In this document: positions 1-13,156 of the stretch, in pieces
Layout of the letters: every line of letters starts with the position of its first letter
Position numbering within the stretch: position 1 is the stretch's first letter
Source of the DNA: Chiloscyllium plagiosum
Taxonomy: Eukaryota
Assembly (NCBI RefSeq): GCF_004010195.1
Contig: NC_057749.1
Span: 6,167,933 to 6,231,932 of the forward strand
Direction: 5' to 3'
Length of the DNA stretch: 64,000 nucleotides
Made by a program: the position numbers and the translations under genes
The notes under the pieces: model-generated
Database searches by the model: none
Seen by the model: the letters and a program-made list of their open reading frames with translations, nothing else
What the model was told of the DNA's origin: nothing

Positions 1-152
1 CAAAGTTCCAAAACAATGCAACAGCATATAAAACAGTAATTGCTGCTCCTGGAATTCGAGGAAATCACCTCCAACACCTAAAATACCTCAAAAAAAGGAG
101 CAGCTCTTACAGCCAGAAATTGTTCCCCTCCTCCATCTTGGATTGCCCAGAA
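1..152 (-). mobile_element. 5' end (5'UTR) of a CR1 LINE that continues off the left edge of the window
   Basis: Near-identical to 25269-25420 (caaagttccaaaac...ccatcttggatt(g/a)cccagaa). Similarity stops at the same base in both copies. Confidence 0.85.
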
Positions 153-1736
153 CTGGCTGTTATCAAAATGGAAGTGCTCACAATCCAGACTGACAGTGCA
201 GCGCTTTACTGAGGGAGTGCCAATGCGCTGAAGTTGCTATTCCTCGGATCAATCACTAAATGCAAGTTATATCATTCTGAAATAGGAATCTATGGCAATT
301 CCTGCAAATACAGGAGAGAGATAGACTGACACCTTCCATTCTGTCCATCATCAGTGTTACTTATTTTGATAAAGCTAATATATGATCCAAAATTCCTCAT
401 TCGTGTCCAGTCAAAGTAAAAATTGCCATCAGCAAACATTCATGGACTTAAACAGGAAACAGTATTTCATCACACACATTCATCTTGGAAGGGCTTCTCA
501 CAGCATAAAATGTAGAGCAAATACAAAAGAAAGATGCATTAAAGAGAAGAATGCTCTTGTACCTAAACTAACAAAATAATTTACAGCTACTTATATGTAA
601 AAACCAAGAGAAGGAGGGAACCTTTCACTCTGGAGTGGAAGTCCAGGGAAGTACAGATGGCTGTAGTCAGAGTTGGTAGAGTTCCTGCAAATGAAGTACT
701 ATTCAACAAGTCTTGTAAGCTAGTAGGCAAGCCCTGGTCGTAATTGTAGCTGGGGCACCAACTCCCTTTGCAGGTGAACTCTGCACCTCTAGGTATTCAG
801 GTTCCAGGAGGCTTTTAAAAGACTCCAACACCTTGCAGTTCTGAAATGGTAATGTGCTACAGCCTGGTTTCCACTGGGTTGATTTTTCTGAGGTCTTTTT
901 CAGAGCAGGCAGGACTTTGTTAAATTGAAAAACTTCAAAATCAGTATTTTGCCATGCACATGATGAATGAAACACAATGGAGGGCAATTAATAGTCTTTC
1001 CATGTGAATAAGAGGATCTGTTATAGGTATATGGTCTCAATTGCCTACCTTTGTTATCTGGCCAGATTTAGAATTAGAGTCTGGCCCCGTATTATCCTTG
1101 TGTTTTGGAGTAAGCCCCTTGTGAACAGCAGTGTGGAATTCTACAGATGTGTACTATTTAAGCATGTCCAGCTTAATTCTCCTTGTAAATTTCCAAAAGC
1201 TCATTGTGTATTCTTGATTAATAGCCTGGAAATCCATTAGTCTGTTGGAACTGTTGAACTCCAATGAAAGCATTGCTTGATTGATAGCTCTATCTTTCGG
1301 ATCCATTAAGAAAATTGAACAGTATTGATTTACGCAAATGTGAGAGGGTTCAAGTGTTTGCAATTTCTGCTGTTAATACTTATAAATGGTCTGGTTAATT
1401 GACATGTTTATTGACCTGTAGCAAAATTAGTGCTTTTTAACAGAAGTGAAAACAGTGAATGAATGACTTTATTTTATAAAGCTTTTTTTTAAACACAACC
1501 TATTGTCACAATAAAGTTCATTGCTTCTATACCTTTTACAGTGGGTGAATGGGCATGGATGTTCCATAGCTTGGCATGGGCATGTATGAGGAGACATGTG
1601 GGGACATGGAAAGCATGAAATTGTCTTGAACACATGAGGTGCCGTGGGGGATTTGGGTCGGCATACGAGAAGACGCTGCATGGGAGAGAGTGACAGAGTA
1701 AGAGGGAAAAGGACAAGAGGGCCTTACCTTTTATGC

Positions 1737-1860
1737 GGAGAAAGTGAGGACTGCAGATGCTGGAGATCAGAGCTGAAAATGTGTTGCTGGAAAAGCGCAG
1801 CAGGTCAGGCAGGAGAATCGACGTTTCTCCTGCTTCTTGGATGCTGCCTGACCTGCTGTG
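1737..1860 (-). mobile_element. Internally deleted fold-back element (family A)
   Basis: Begins ggagaaagtgaggactgcagatgctgg. Imperfect TSD cttacct(tt/aa)tatgc at 1723-1736 and 1861-1874. Confidence 0.75.
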
Positions 1861-2289
1861 CTTACCTAATATGCACCAAGTTCCATGCTACCAAAGTGGG
1901 ACTTATAAACAGTGTACCTCTGCAGTGGCCTGCCTGGCTGTGTTTTCAAGTGATCTCTTTCTCAGCTGGCCTGACTCAGCGGCCTGCCCAACATCCCCCC
2001 ACCCCCAACAATGAAGATCATGGCTTTGGAACAAACTTCTCCAGAAGTGACCGTGCAGAGCCGCGAATTTTCCCAGCTCCCTTCCTCAGGGGTAAGAATC
2101 CACGCCATTTCGCAAAACCAATTCGGTGGCTGTAAATTATTTTGGGACAAACTCAAATTGTGAGCTTCGTTGTTTGAACATAGTAAAACCAAATGTAGAA
2201 ATGCATTTTATGTTGCTTCTCATTGTGTTGCAATCCTGAAGTTAGACGTTTATAAAATTGGGGTGGGCGGGGTTGTTAGTGGTGGTGGA

Positions 2290-2475
2290 GAGGTGTGCAT
2301 GGATTGGATGAATAGCCAAGGCCTTTTCTTTAGGTTGGGGGAATCCAAAACTAGAGGGGAAATGAGACGGAAAACGTTTAACAGGGAACCTAAGGGGCAA
2401 CTTTTTCACTCAGAAAGGCGGTGTGCATAGGAATGAACTGCCAGAGGAAGTGGCAGAGGCTGGTACAATTACATC
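2290..2475 (+). mobile_element. Decayed CR1 ORF2 3' fragment
   Basis: Similar to the 3' ends of other CR1 copies (gaactgccagaggaagtggcagaggctggtacaatt). Confidence 0.75.
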
Positions 2476-3154
2476 AATAGTGCTCTCATGCATTCAGCAC
2501 CTTCAAATGTCGAGTCATAAAGAGTCTCCTTGGGAGGATTTAGAAAGTTCCAGAAGGCTAGCAGTTGGCTATACAGCAATCCTGCCTCCTGTGCATTGCA
2601 GTGCCAGGGAACCTGGTAACCTTAGGTTGAAGAGGAAGGCAATGGGCTTTGTTGATTCAATGGTGGTGTCTCTACCTCTGGACAGAGAGGACCCAGGTTC
2701 CATTGTCACCTGCTCCTCAGTTGTGCAATAGCAGCTTTGATCAAGTAGATTGGAAAATATCTAAAAAAGATGATGAGCTCGTGGCATTACAGCTGGACTA
2801 GTAATCCAGAATCCCAGCTAATGTTCCAAGGACCTGGGTTTGAACTCTATGAGACAGATGGTGGAATTTGGACTCAATAATATACTGGAATTAAAAGCCT
2901 AAATGATTATCATAAAAACTCAGCCTACACACTGGAGTTAATTTTCCAAAGAGTGGCAGGGAATCATGGTCCATTCCTTCACTAATGTTTTTCATGCCAA
3001 CATGTGTATCCAGACCCACTGAAATGTGGTTCACTGTTAGTTGTCCACTGAAATAGCTGTAAGTCACTCAATTGTAGCAACTGCTGAAAATGAATGACTC
3101 TGGGCGGATCTTCCAAACCCACAGCCGCTGCCATTTAGAAGGACAAGAACAGCA

Positions 3155-3292
3155 AATAAAAACCGAAAGAACTTGTGGATGCTGTAAATCAGAAACAAAA
3201 ACAGAAGTTGCTGGAAAAGCTCAATAGGTCTGGCAGCATCTGTGAAGAGAACTTTGAGTTAACGGTTCGGGTCCAGTGACCCTTCCTCAGAG
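3155..3292 (-). mobile_element. Penelope-like terminal repeat, family B (related copies at ~20845-20985, 27945-28200, 32060-32190, 39730-40200)
   Basis: The - strand reads CTGAGGA-a-gggtc-actg-gaccc-GAAC-cgttaactc, followed by cagatgctgccagacct..tgagcttttccagcaac. Confidence 0.65.
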
Positions 3293-3589
3293 ATAGCAGA
3301 TAGATGGGAACTCCACCCCTTACAAGTTCCCCTCCTATCCACTCACTATACTGACTTGGAAATACATTGCCCTCCCGTCAGTATTGGTCAAAATCTTGGA
3401 ATACCCTTCCTAATGGCATTGTGGGTGTACATACAGCAAATGGACTGCAGCAATTCATGAAGTCAGCTCACCACCACCTTCTGAAGAGCGAGTAGGAATG
3501 GTCAGCAAACGTTGGCCAGTGACACTGATGTGCTGTGAGTGAATTTCAAAAAAATGAAAATGTTGGTAGATTGGCAATTCCAGGGGTAA

Positions 3590-3738
3590 GAGTTGAGAAG
3601 TATGGCACTGGAAAAGCACAGCAGGTCAGGCAGCATCGGAGGAGCAGAAGAGTCAACGTTTCGGGCATAAGCCTTTTATCGGGAATGCGCCACACTTTTC
3701 AACTCTGATCTCCAGCATCTGCAGTCCTCACTTTCTCC
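3590..3738 (+). mobile_element. Decayed fold-back element (family A)
   Basis: Same arm sequence, ending cagtcctcactttctcc. Confidence 0.75.
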
Positions 3739-5570
3739 AATTCTCAGGATAAGTCCTGCTCTTTGACAGAGCAGCAGCACTAAGGCACATAGTGTGTAGT
3801 GTGAAAGTAACTTCACATTGAAGTGAAATATCACTCCAAGATATGTTAATATAAACTGAGGACAATGTGGGTAACTCTGCGTTAAGAAGGCTTGCACCTG
3901 GGTTTCCCCGTGTGATAATATTCCAACTGCAGCAGGGTGTCTGGGGAAGGTGTGACTCCTGGTGCCATTAGGAAGAATTATGTTCTCCTTCAGACATATC
4001 TGCCAATGCTTCATGGATAATGAACAACTTTGAAGTGCAGCAGCTGTTGTTATTGACCCAGCAGTCGGGTGATGAAGACTTTCTTTCCTCGATGTTGTGA
4101 TTTTTCTAGAAATGTCAGCCAGGAGAAATCTCAATGTTACACATGGACCAGGCTGACTCATCGCAGGCCGGTATGATGGAAAACCTGGAGCAGGATCCAC
4201 TGGGAACTCTCACCCAACTCGCCCAGTGGGTCTTTACACAGGTTGAGGCCTAGTCTGTGTTTTATGCCTAAAGATAAAAAAGAAAAGAAAGTAAATCTTT
4301 CGCAGCTGTACTTAAAAAAGCAGAGCAACACATCAGGGGATTGAAAGGGTGTCAAATAGATTGCTCAAAGATCCAATGCTTGTGATTTCTTAAGATTCAT
4401 CTAGTTAAACTGTGCTTTCTTTTAGAAACGTTATATAAGTAAGGAACCTTAGTCCACAAAGGACCATAGGCATGTTTCTTCTTTAGAAAAAGAATGGCAG
4501 CTGATTATATGAAAAGTGTAACCAATTCACAAGCATGAAATAAAAGGAGGAGGTAGGTTACGACAGGGATTGAAGCCATGCTGTTAGCTTTATTCTGCAT
4601 CCCCCTTTAGACATCAAATTAACTGTGCGAACCAATAACATTCCCCACCCCCACACCCCTGCCTAACCATTGCCTAACCAAAGTCTGTCTATCTCAGAGA
4701 ATCGACTTAGAGCTCAAGATCAACTTTGAACAAGAAAAGATGGAATAGAGTCTCATAAATGTACAGAATGGAAACAGACCCTTTGGTCCAACTTGTCTGC
4801 ACCGACCAGACATCCCAGTCTGACCTAGTCCCATTTGCCAGCACTTGGACCATATCCCTCTAAATCCTTCTTATTCTTGAACCAATCTAATGCCTCTTAA
4901 GTGTTGTAATTGTACCAACAACAACCACCACTTCCTCCAGCAGCTCATTCCATACACGCATTGTTTTCTGTGTGAAAATATTACCCCTCAGGTTCTTATT
5001 AAATTTTTGCCCTCGCACCTTAAGCCTGACCATCTGTTATGGACTCTCTTACCTTGGGAAAATGACACTGGCTGTTCACCTTATCCATGCCTCTCATGAT
5101 TTTATACACCTCAGTGAGGTCACCCCTCAGCCTCCAACACATCAGGCAATAAAACCCCACCCGATTCAGCCTCTCCCGATAATTCAAACCCTCCAATCCA
5201 GGCAGCAGCTTTTCTGCACCCTTTCAAGTTTAACAACATCATTCCCTTAGAAGGGCAACCACATTTGTAAACAATATTCTAAAGATGGCCTCATCTATAC
5301 AGCTACAACATTACGTTCCCATTCACTGTTCTGACCAATGAAGGCAAGCATGCCAAACGCCTTTGTCACCACCCTGTTTACTTGCGACTCCACTTTCAAG
5401 GAATTATGTACTTGCACCCTTAGGTCTCTTTGTTTGGCAATACTACCCAGGGCCCTACTATTAACTGTGTATGCCTTACCAAATGCAATACCTCACATTT
5501 ATCTAAATTAAACTCCATCTGCCACTCATCAGCCCATTATCCATCTGCTCAAGGTCTCATTGTACTTTGA

Positions 5571-5920
5571 GGGGTGGCACGGTGGCTCAGTGACTCAGTG
5601 GTTAGCACTGCTGCCTCACAGCACCAGGAACCCTGGATCGCTTCCAGCCTTGGGCGACTGTCTGTGTGGAGCTTGCATATTCTCCCTGTGTCTAGGTCGG
5701 TTTCTCCTCCGGGTGCTCCAGTTTCCTCTCACAGCGCAAAGATGGGCACGTTAGGTGAGTTGGCCATGCTAAATTGCCCATAGTGTTCAGGGATGTGTAG
5801 GTTAGATGCATTAGTCAGGGGAAACGTAGGGGAATAAAGTCTGGATGGGTTACTCTTCAGTGGGTCAGTGTGAACTTGTTGGGCCAAATGGTCTGTTTCC
5901 ACACCGTAGGGATTATATGA
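5571..5920 (+). mobile_element. V-SINE (HE1-like) inserted into CR1
   Basis: Same head, core and tail as 32751-33072. Confidence 0.88.
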
Positions 5921-6233
5921 TAATCTTCTTCACTGTCCACTACAGCACCTATTTTGGTGTTATCTGCAAACTTACTAACCATGCCTCTTATGTTCACATC
6001 CGAATCATTTATATAAATGACAAAAAGCGATGGACACAGCTCCAATCCTTGTAGCACTCCACTGGTGACAGGCCTCCAGTCCAAAAAGCACCATCGTCCT
6101 CTGTCTGCTACCTTCAAGCCAATTTTGTATCCAATTGGCTAGTTCCCATGGGATTCCATGTGATCTAACCTTGCTAACCAGTCTACCAGGCAGAATCTTG
6201 TCAAATGCTTTACTGAAGTCCATATAGACAACG

Positions 6234-6438
6234 AGGAGAAAGTGAGGACTGCAGATGCTGGAGATCAGAGCTGAAAATGTGTTGCTGGAAAAGCGCAGCA
6301 GGTCAGGCAGCATCCAAGGAACAGGAGAATCGACGTTTCGGCATAAGCCTGGGGAAGGGCTTATGCCCAAAACGTCGATTCTCCTGTTCCTTGGATGCTG
6401 CCTGACCTGCTGCGCTTTTCCAGCAACACATTTTCAGC
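6234..6438 (-). mobile_element. Fold-back Penelope-like element (family A) inserted into CR1 RT
   Basis: Inverted arms. TSD tccatatagacaacg at 6219-6233 and 6439-6453. Confidence 0.85.
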
Positions 6439-9400
6439 TCCATATAGACAACGCCTACCATTCTGCCTTCATCAATCTTCTTTGTCACCGCTTCACAACA
6501 TTTGATCAAGTTGGTGAGACATGATTTCCCATGCTCAAAGCCGTGTTGACTATCATTAATCAGTCCTTGCCTTTCTATATGCGTGTTAAATCCTGTCCTT
6601 TAGAATCCCCTCCAACAACTTACCCATCACTGACATAGTTGCTATATTCTTAGACTTACAGGGGCAGCATGAGAGCCAGACATTTTGACAGCTGCTGTGG
6701 AAGGGTAAATATATATGGTAATTGTGAGCACAGGGTGATAGGTGGGTTGTTTGCCAATGTGCCAGGTGGATAAAGGGGAGATTGCTAGTGGTTTGGGTGC
6801 CTGGATCTCAGGTATGTAGGGTACCACGTCAGCTGGTAAATCGATACAATGTCAAGGAGTGAGGAAAGGGGACAGCAAAGAGATGGAACGTTTGGGGCCA
6901 GTTAGGCTGAATGGGGGATATCAAGTCAAGGTCAGAGGGTAAGGTGTCTGGAGATGGCATGGTAAGTTGTGGGAGGAGCTAAATTTAATATCTACCCAGG
7001 TCTTTGACTAGATTTCTAATTCTCTAATTTTACCTGCATGACTATTTACTTGATGACAGTGGCACCCTCCAAATTCCTGTATATAAATACACACTTTTAG
7101 AAGAGTCCAAGCATAGGGAAAAGACCCATTGGAATCGTCAATTTCCTGAACATTTCCCTTGGAGTCTGCTACGTTGGGGATAATGCTGGGTCCCTGTGCA
7201 CAAGTCCCCTCTACACTGTAGTAATGATCATCTGGCCATCGGAAAAGCCAGGACTCTGTCCGGAAAGTGATCCTCACCACCAATGATAAGCTGACTTGCC
7301 TGTGGTTACTGAATTTATCCTTCTCCTCTTGTTAGTGTGAATAAATGATTGCAAAGTGCTGATATTTTCCAGGTCAGGGAAGGTTAAATTTCATAAATAT
7401 TAAACAGCAGCAGCCCTATTATTTTCTGTGAAGTAATATTTCAATATTATAATTTTGGTACTGCATTCAAAGAGCAGAAGGGGAACTGCAGAATAGTCTG
7501 TTTAATGAATAGGTAGTGTTCTGTACTCTTTGAATTTTTAGCCCTAGTTGAATTCATTTTTAATAAGTATTTAAGCTAACGATGTAGGTATAATCCAAAA
7601 TCGAATGTTCACACACTGGCAGAGTTCATAATGTAACATTGTCAATGTTTTAGACCCCCGTGTCCTGCTAGACAGTTTGAGCAATCCTTATTTGACTGAA
7701 AAAAACTTAAATCACAATCTGACTCACACTCTGAATCTGGGTCAGGAGAAGGTTCATTAATATTAGTCCCTCGTATGCTGTTAAATGATAATTCTTAATG
7801 ATGTTATTCCCAACGAAATGTGAGATGGAAATTCCCATGGTGTCAGGAAGCATAGAAACTGGACCCATTTAATTGCCAGAGAGGCCATTTATCAATCTCT
7901 TAACAACTGGAAAGAGCTAACGAGGGAAAAGCAAATGAATGTCAATTAGACTCATCAACAGGCCAAATTGACACCCATTAACCCTGAGCCCACCCTTCAA
8001 ATATGGGAACCACAGTGTACACAGTCTTTCAGGTGCAGTAAATGGCCAGTATAGTGGCAACAAAAGTTCCTTGCTTTTTAGCTCCAACCAACCATTCCCC
8101 ACTCCCACACCACCCCCCATTCCCCCCCTCCCAGCAATTAAGGCCTAATGTGCATTTGCCCTTCTTAACGACTTGCTGTATCTGCATGCTAACAGTTTGT
8201 GTTTGATACACAAGACCATCTGGACCCCTCTGTGCTTCACTGTTTTGGAGTTTACCTCCATTTATATAAAAATCTGCCTTTTGCTAGTCCTGCATTGTTC
8301 TGTAATGTCTGTTCTGCCAGACTGAACGTTACACTTGACAGTGCCTTTATCATTTTTGATCTTCTGTATAAACATCTTGATTATGCTTCTCTCTTTTAAG
8401 ATAGCAATAACTGAGATTGACAGCATTCCAATTTTGTCAAGTGCTTTTTAAAGGAAGGCACATGTGTAACTATTACAGATTGTAGTCTTTCATCTGAATG
8501 TTGCACATATTATATACCAGGGTCCATTTAGCAGTGCTCAGTGGGGAGGCGCATTCAAAGAAAATTTATGTCAGAAATTAGAGATAACACTTTATCTGAC
8601 AGACCCCCTAAAAATCAGGGCTGAAATAGAAATGTAGGGCTGAATTTTCCCAAAGTGTGATTTCAGTGCATTTTGTGATGGGTTTCCCTCTGTGAGCCCC
8701 AGTGACATTTCTCACCTGACGTTACACTGCTCACTTCATTAAGAGTGCACCCTCGCCTCTGCAGTGCTGCTGTTACACAATCTTGTAATTAGCGATGGCC
8801 AAAGTCCCAGGACCTTATGGTGCTCATGTCCCATGATTATGTCCCACCATTTCAAAGGTTGTCAGCCAGGTGTGAAGTAGCCACCTGGGTCAGTATGATC
8901 TGGAGGAACGTACAGTAATGTCATATGAAGGTTATTGACCTTCTGCATTCTTCAAGGATAAGTTCCACTATCTTCCCCCTACTACTTCACACTCTGCCAT
9001 TGCACTCATCTCCAACCAAGACTAATAGACTTCAACTCTTGATATTGCATGCAGCATCTTCTCTCAATGACTCTCACCCCTCTAAATTTTCTTCACTCTG
9101 CAATTCCTACTAATTCACTTGAGACACCTCATCACCTTTTTTGAACAAGGATGGACTAGCCCCTTGACTACCATGGTCTCCATTGACTGGACTAAGGACT
9201 GCTCCCCTTAGACTTAAATGGGTCCAGTTTCTATGCTTCCTGACACAATGGGGTTATTTGGTTGAAAGGTGTTTGCTGTATTAATTGCAGCCACATGTTC
9301 GAGGTGTGACAAAAGACATAGCACAGTGTCGTGCAGCAATATGTCCACCCCCTTGACTGCTCGAGCTGAATTTACCCAGAATTCATCTGAGTGTCAATTC

Positions 9401-9729
9401 TGGCGAGTTGTGTGTGGGGTTTCTCTCCGTGAATCCGAGCATTCCTTCCTCACCTAATCCTCGGCACTCGTCTCATTACTTGTGCACAGCACTCATCCTG
9501 TTTTCCGCTCAGCGTCGGCTGAAGATTTCACCACTGCCAGGAATCTCTTGCAATGACAACATTTTTAAATCCCAGCCACACACCAGGTCAGTGCACACAG
9601 TGAAAGGAGAATGTAAAAGGAACATTTTTTCAGGACATATTGGTGGGCCATCCAACACTTCAATGCAAATGCATATTAGGGGTGGGTGAGTGCCTGGGAA
9701 TATTACTTCTCTATTCATTTCTTTCCTTC

Positions 9730-10465
9730 ATTCATTCACAGATTGAGGGCGTCACTGGCTAGGCCAGCATTTATTGCCAATCCCCAACTGCCCAGAGGGC
9801 AGTTCAGAATCAACCACATTGCTGTGGATCTGGAGTCACATGTAGACCAGACCAGATGAGGATGGGAGATTTTCTTCCCTAAAGGGCATTAGTGAACCAG
9901 ATGGGTTTTTCCTGACAATTGGCGAGAGATTCATGGTCATCATTAGATTCTTAATTGCAGATTTTTTTAAAATTGAATTGTTGGGCCGAAGGGCCTGTTT
10001 CCATACTGTAGGGAATCTAATCTAAAAATCTAATCTCATTCAAGTTCCACCATCTGCAGTGACAGGATTCAACCCAGGTCCCCAGCACATTATGTGGATC
10101 CCGAAATTAGCAGTCCAGTAATAATCTCACAAGACCATTGCCTCCCCTGCTAGACTATTAATGCAGAGACCCAGATAATGTTCTGGGGACCTGGGTTTGA
10201 ATCCCGCCATGGTAAGTGGTGGAACTGAATTCAATAATAATAAGCATTTAATGATGACCATGAAACCATTGCCAATTGTCGGGAAAATCCCATATGGTTC
10301 ACTAATGTCCTTAAATCTGCCATCCTTACCTGGTCTGGCCGACATGTGGCTCCAGACCGACAACAATGTGGTTGACTCACAACTGCCCTCTGGACAATTA
10401 GGGATGGGCAATAAATGCTGGCCTAGCCAGAGATGCCTTCATCCTGTGAGTGAATTTTTTAAATA
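9730..10465. mobile_element. Two copies of a second tRNA-headed SINE family, head-to-head (- at ~9730-10145, + at ~10145-10465); other copies at ~2775-3070, 18950-19160, 54695-54840
   Basis: B-box-like gggtttgaatccc and shared core ccatccttacctggtctggcc.acatgtg.ctccagacc, with a tail ggcaataaatgctggcc. The family name (possibly a Deu-type shark SINE) is not verified. Confidence 0.75.
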
Positions 10466-10556
10466 AAACTTCATAACTGTTTTGCTATTGAAGAGCCAGG
10501 CTACATGGGTCGCCTATCTTTAGTATCATTCCATCTTAGACTCCAGTCTAAGAGTA

Positions 10557-10690
10557 GATGAAAGTGAGGACTGCAGATGCAGGAGATTAGAGTCGAGAGT
10601 GTGGTGCTGGAAAAGCTCAGCAGGTCAGGCAGCATCCGAGGAGCAGGAGAATCGACGTTTTGGGCAAAAGCCCTTCATCAGGAATGAGGC
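10557..10690 (-). mobile_element. Single-arm family A element with a mutated hammerhead core
   Basis: The - strand reads cattc-CTGATGA-a-gggc-tttt-gccc-AAAA-cgtc-gatt. Confidence 0.8.
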
Positions 10691-10974
10691 CTTGATTGTC
10701 TACTGTTTTCTTAATGCTCAGTGTAAGCTGAAGGATTCCCATTATTTAACATGGGTGTATTACAGACCTGAAAACCATCAAATGGTTGAAAACATTTGCT
10801 TTTATTCAGCAAAAGCAAAAGCAAAGAAAACGTACATCTGAGAACAGACAGATCAAAACAAATTTACAATCAGTGAGTGACCACCGGATTCAGCTTACAC
10901 CTATTGGAAGTCAGTGTCAATTGAGCCCTGTTTGACTTATTGTCCCCAATCCTGCAGTGCTCCATCATTCAGGT

Positions 10975-11283
10975 GAAACTAGAACTGGGGTGGCATAGCC
11001 TCAAAATAAAGGGGAGCAAATTTGGGACTGAGTTGAGGAGGAACTTCTTTACCCAAAGGGTCATGAATCTGTGGAATTCCCCGCCCAGTGAAGCAGTTGA
11101 GTCTACCTTGTTGAATGTTTTTGAGGCAAAGATAGATGGATTTTTGAACAGTGAAGGAATTAAGGGTTATGATGAGTGGGTGGGTAAGTGGAACGAGGCC
11201 ATGAAAAGGTCAACCATGATCTTATTGAATGGTGGAGCAGGCTTAACGAGCCTCCTGCTCCTGTTTCTTATGTTCTTATGTTC
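10975..11283 (+). mobile_element. CR1 LINE 3' fragment
   Basis: HSLKIKGSKFGTELRRNFFTQRVMNLWNS, with a ttatgttcttatgttc tail. Confidence 0.88.
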
Positions 11284-11971
11284 ACAAGCTTGTGTTCTCC
11301 CACTTAATGTCCTCAACTTGCTCCTCGGTAGACTGCTGCTACTCTCCCAGCTCTCTAGCGTCCATCCTATCCCCACTTCGCTTGTTGCAGTTGTGCAGAA
11401 AGTAGCGTGTTCGAGTGGTGTGGCACCCACTCCCTTTCCAGCATTAGTCACACTTCTGCCACATATGTTCCTCCTCCACATCTCTGTGCACATCACAGCA
11501 ATGGGGACAATAACCCCTGCTGTGCCTGGAATCATTGGTCTTGCTTCCAATGAACCTGCGTGGGGAATATCAGAAAACAAAGCAGATTTTTAATAGTGTG
11601 AACAGTCAGCATTCACATCACTCACAAACCACAACTTATGACAGTCCTTTATACAGTGGGACAGGAGGGCTCAGACAACGATGGCAGTAAAATACCTCTA
11701 AATGACCTTTGACATAGCCATCTCATTCTGATGAACACAGCGCTAGCCATGTCTTACAAATACAGTTGGAGATCGTACAATTATTGATCCCTTGCCTGTA
11801 TCCCCACCTCCACATTACCAAGAAAAGTAGCAATGCATATAAGAGCATGTTGGTAAATACTCCTGTTCAAGGTGAGAGTAGATCAACTCCATGCCCATGA
11901 GACCTTGGCTTGTTCTTGAGGATTGTGGCCCTGCAGGTGAGACTTTTAAGGTCACATGGCATCATTCTGCT

Positions 11972-12250
11972 TTACAGAAGGAGATAGAACACATGCTCTA
12001 AGATGGTATAATCAAAGTGAATTACACTGACAGGAGCTCACCTATAGTCATGGTGCCAAAGCCAGATGGTACCCAACAGTTATGTGTGGACTATTACAAA
12101 GTTAATGCCTTTACAAAGACTAATGCATATCCAGTTCCGCGGTTGGAGGACTGTGTTGAAAAGATGGAACAAGCAACTTACATTTCTAAGTTGGACTTGC
12201 TCAAAGGCTACTGGCAGGTATCTTTGTCTGAGGGAGCAAAGGCAATTTGC
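11972..12250 (+). mobile_element. Gypsy RT fragment in the orientation opposite to the adjacent element
   Basis: SSPIVMVPKPDGTQQLCVDYYKVNAFTKTNAYPVPRLEDCVEKMEQATYISKLDLLKGYWQV (ORF 12017-12256). Confidence 0.9.
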
Positions 12251-13156
12251 CATTAAGAAAGCCAAAATTGCCTTTGCTCCCTCGGACTTTCCAATAGTCC
12301 ACACATAACCGTTGGGTACCACCTGGCTTTGGCACCATGACTATAGGTGAGCTTCAGTCACTGTAACTTACGTTGATCCTACCATTTTAGAGCATATGTT
12401 CTATCTCCTTCTGAACCTGCGCCAACTTTAGAGGGTTATGCCTATAAGGATATTGTTTAATTGGAATAGCATCTCCCATATCTACGTCATGCACAATTAG
12501 GTTAATACTTCGCAGTTTGTTTCTGCATATCTCCCCATATGATAGTAATAACTCTTTCAGGTCATTTCAATTTTCTTGTGGAAGGTAAGTCAATAATTTA
12601 TCCGAATATTTGGACAATTTCCTCATTGTCCAATTTGATTTGAGGAATGTCCAATTCAGAATCCTCTGAACTTGGTTCTTCGTTCTGTGCTGTAATCATT
12701 AACACCTTCTCCTCTTGCTTTCCTTCCCTGTCAAAATACCTTTTGAGCAGATTCACATGTCACACTCTGTGAGATTTCTTCCTGTCTGGAGCCCCAATCA
12801 AGTAGTTCACCTCACTCAATTTCCTTTCAATTTCATAAGGTCCACTAAAACGTGATTTTAAAGGTTCACCTATTACTGGAAGTAACACCAATATCTTATC
12901 CCCAACAGTAAAATTGTGAATTTGTGATTTCTTATCTGCTTCCTGTTTCATTGTATGCTGCGATACTTTCAAATGCTGTCTAGTCAACTCTCCAGCTCTA
13001 TTTAGTTGTTCTGTAAAATTTGACACATAGTCCAAATGGGTGGTCTCTGAATTCTCTCTTGTTAATTTCTCCTTAATAAATTTTAATGGTCTTCTTACTT
13101 CATGCCCAAAAAATAATTCAAACGGATTGAATTTGGTTGATTCATTGGTGCATCTC

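Larger units (their letters stand above)
4745..6635 (-). mobile_element. Decayed CR1 LINE 3' half, interrupted by a V-SINE (5571-5920) and a fold-back element (6234-6438)
   Basis: RT motifs YMDFSKAFDK, VTSGVLQG, YIND and SKFADNTKIG. The CR1 3'UTR is at ~4745-4880. Confidence 0.9.

Noticed and set aside
10940..11593. 217-aa ORF and antisense 137-aa ORF as a host gene or exon
   Set aside because: The first half is a CR1 3' end. The remainder matches no family I recognise, although an acceptor-like site exists on the - strand near 11555.
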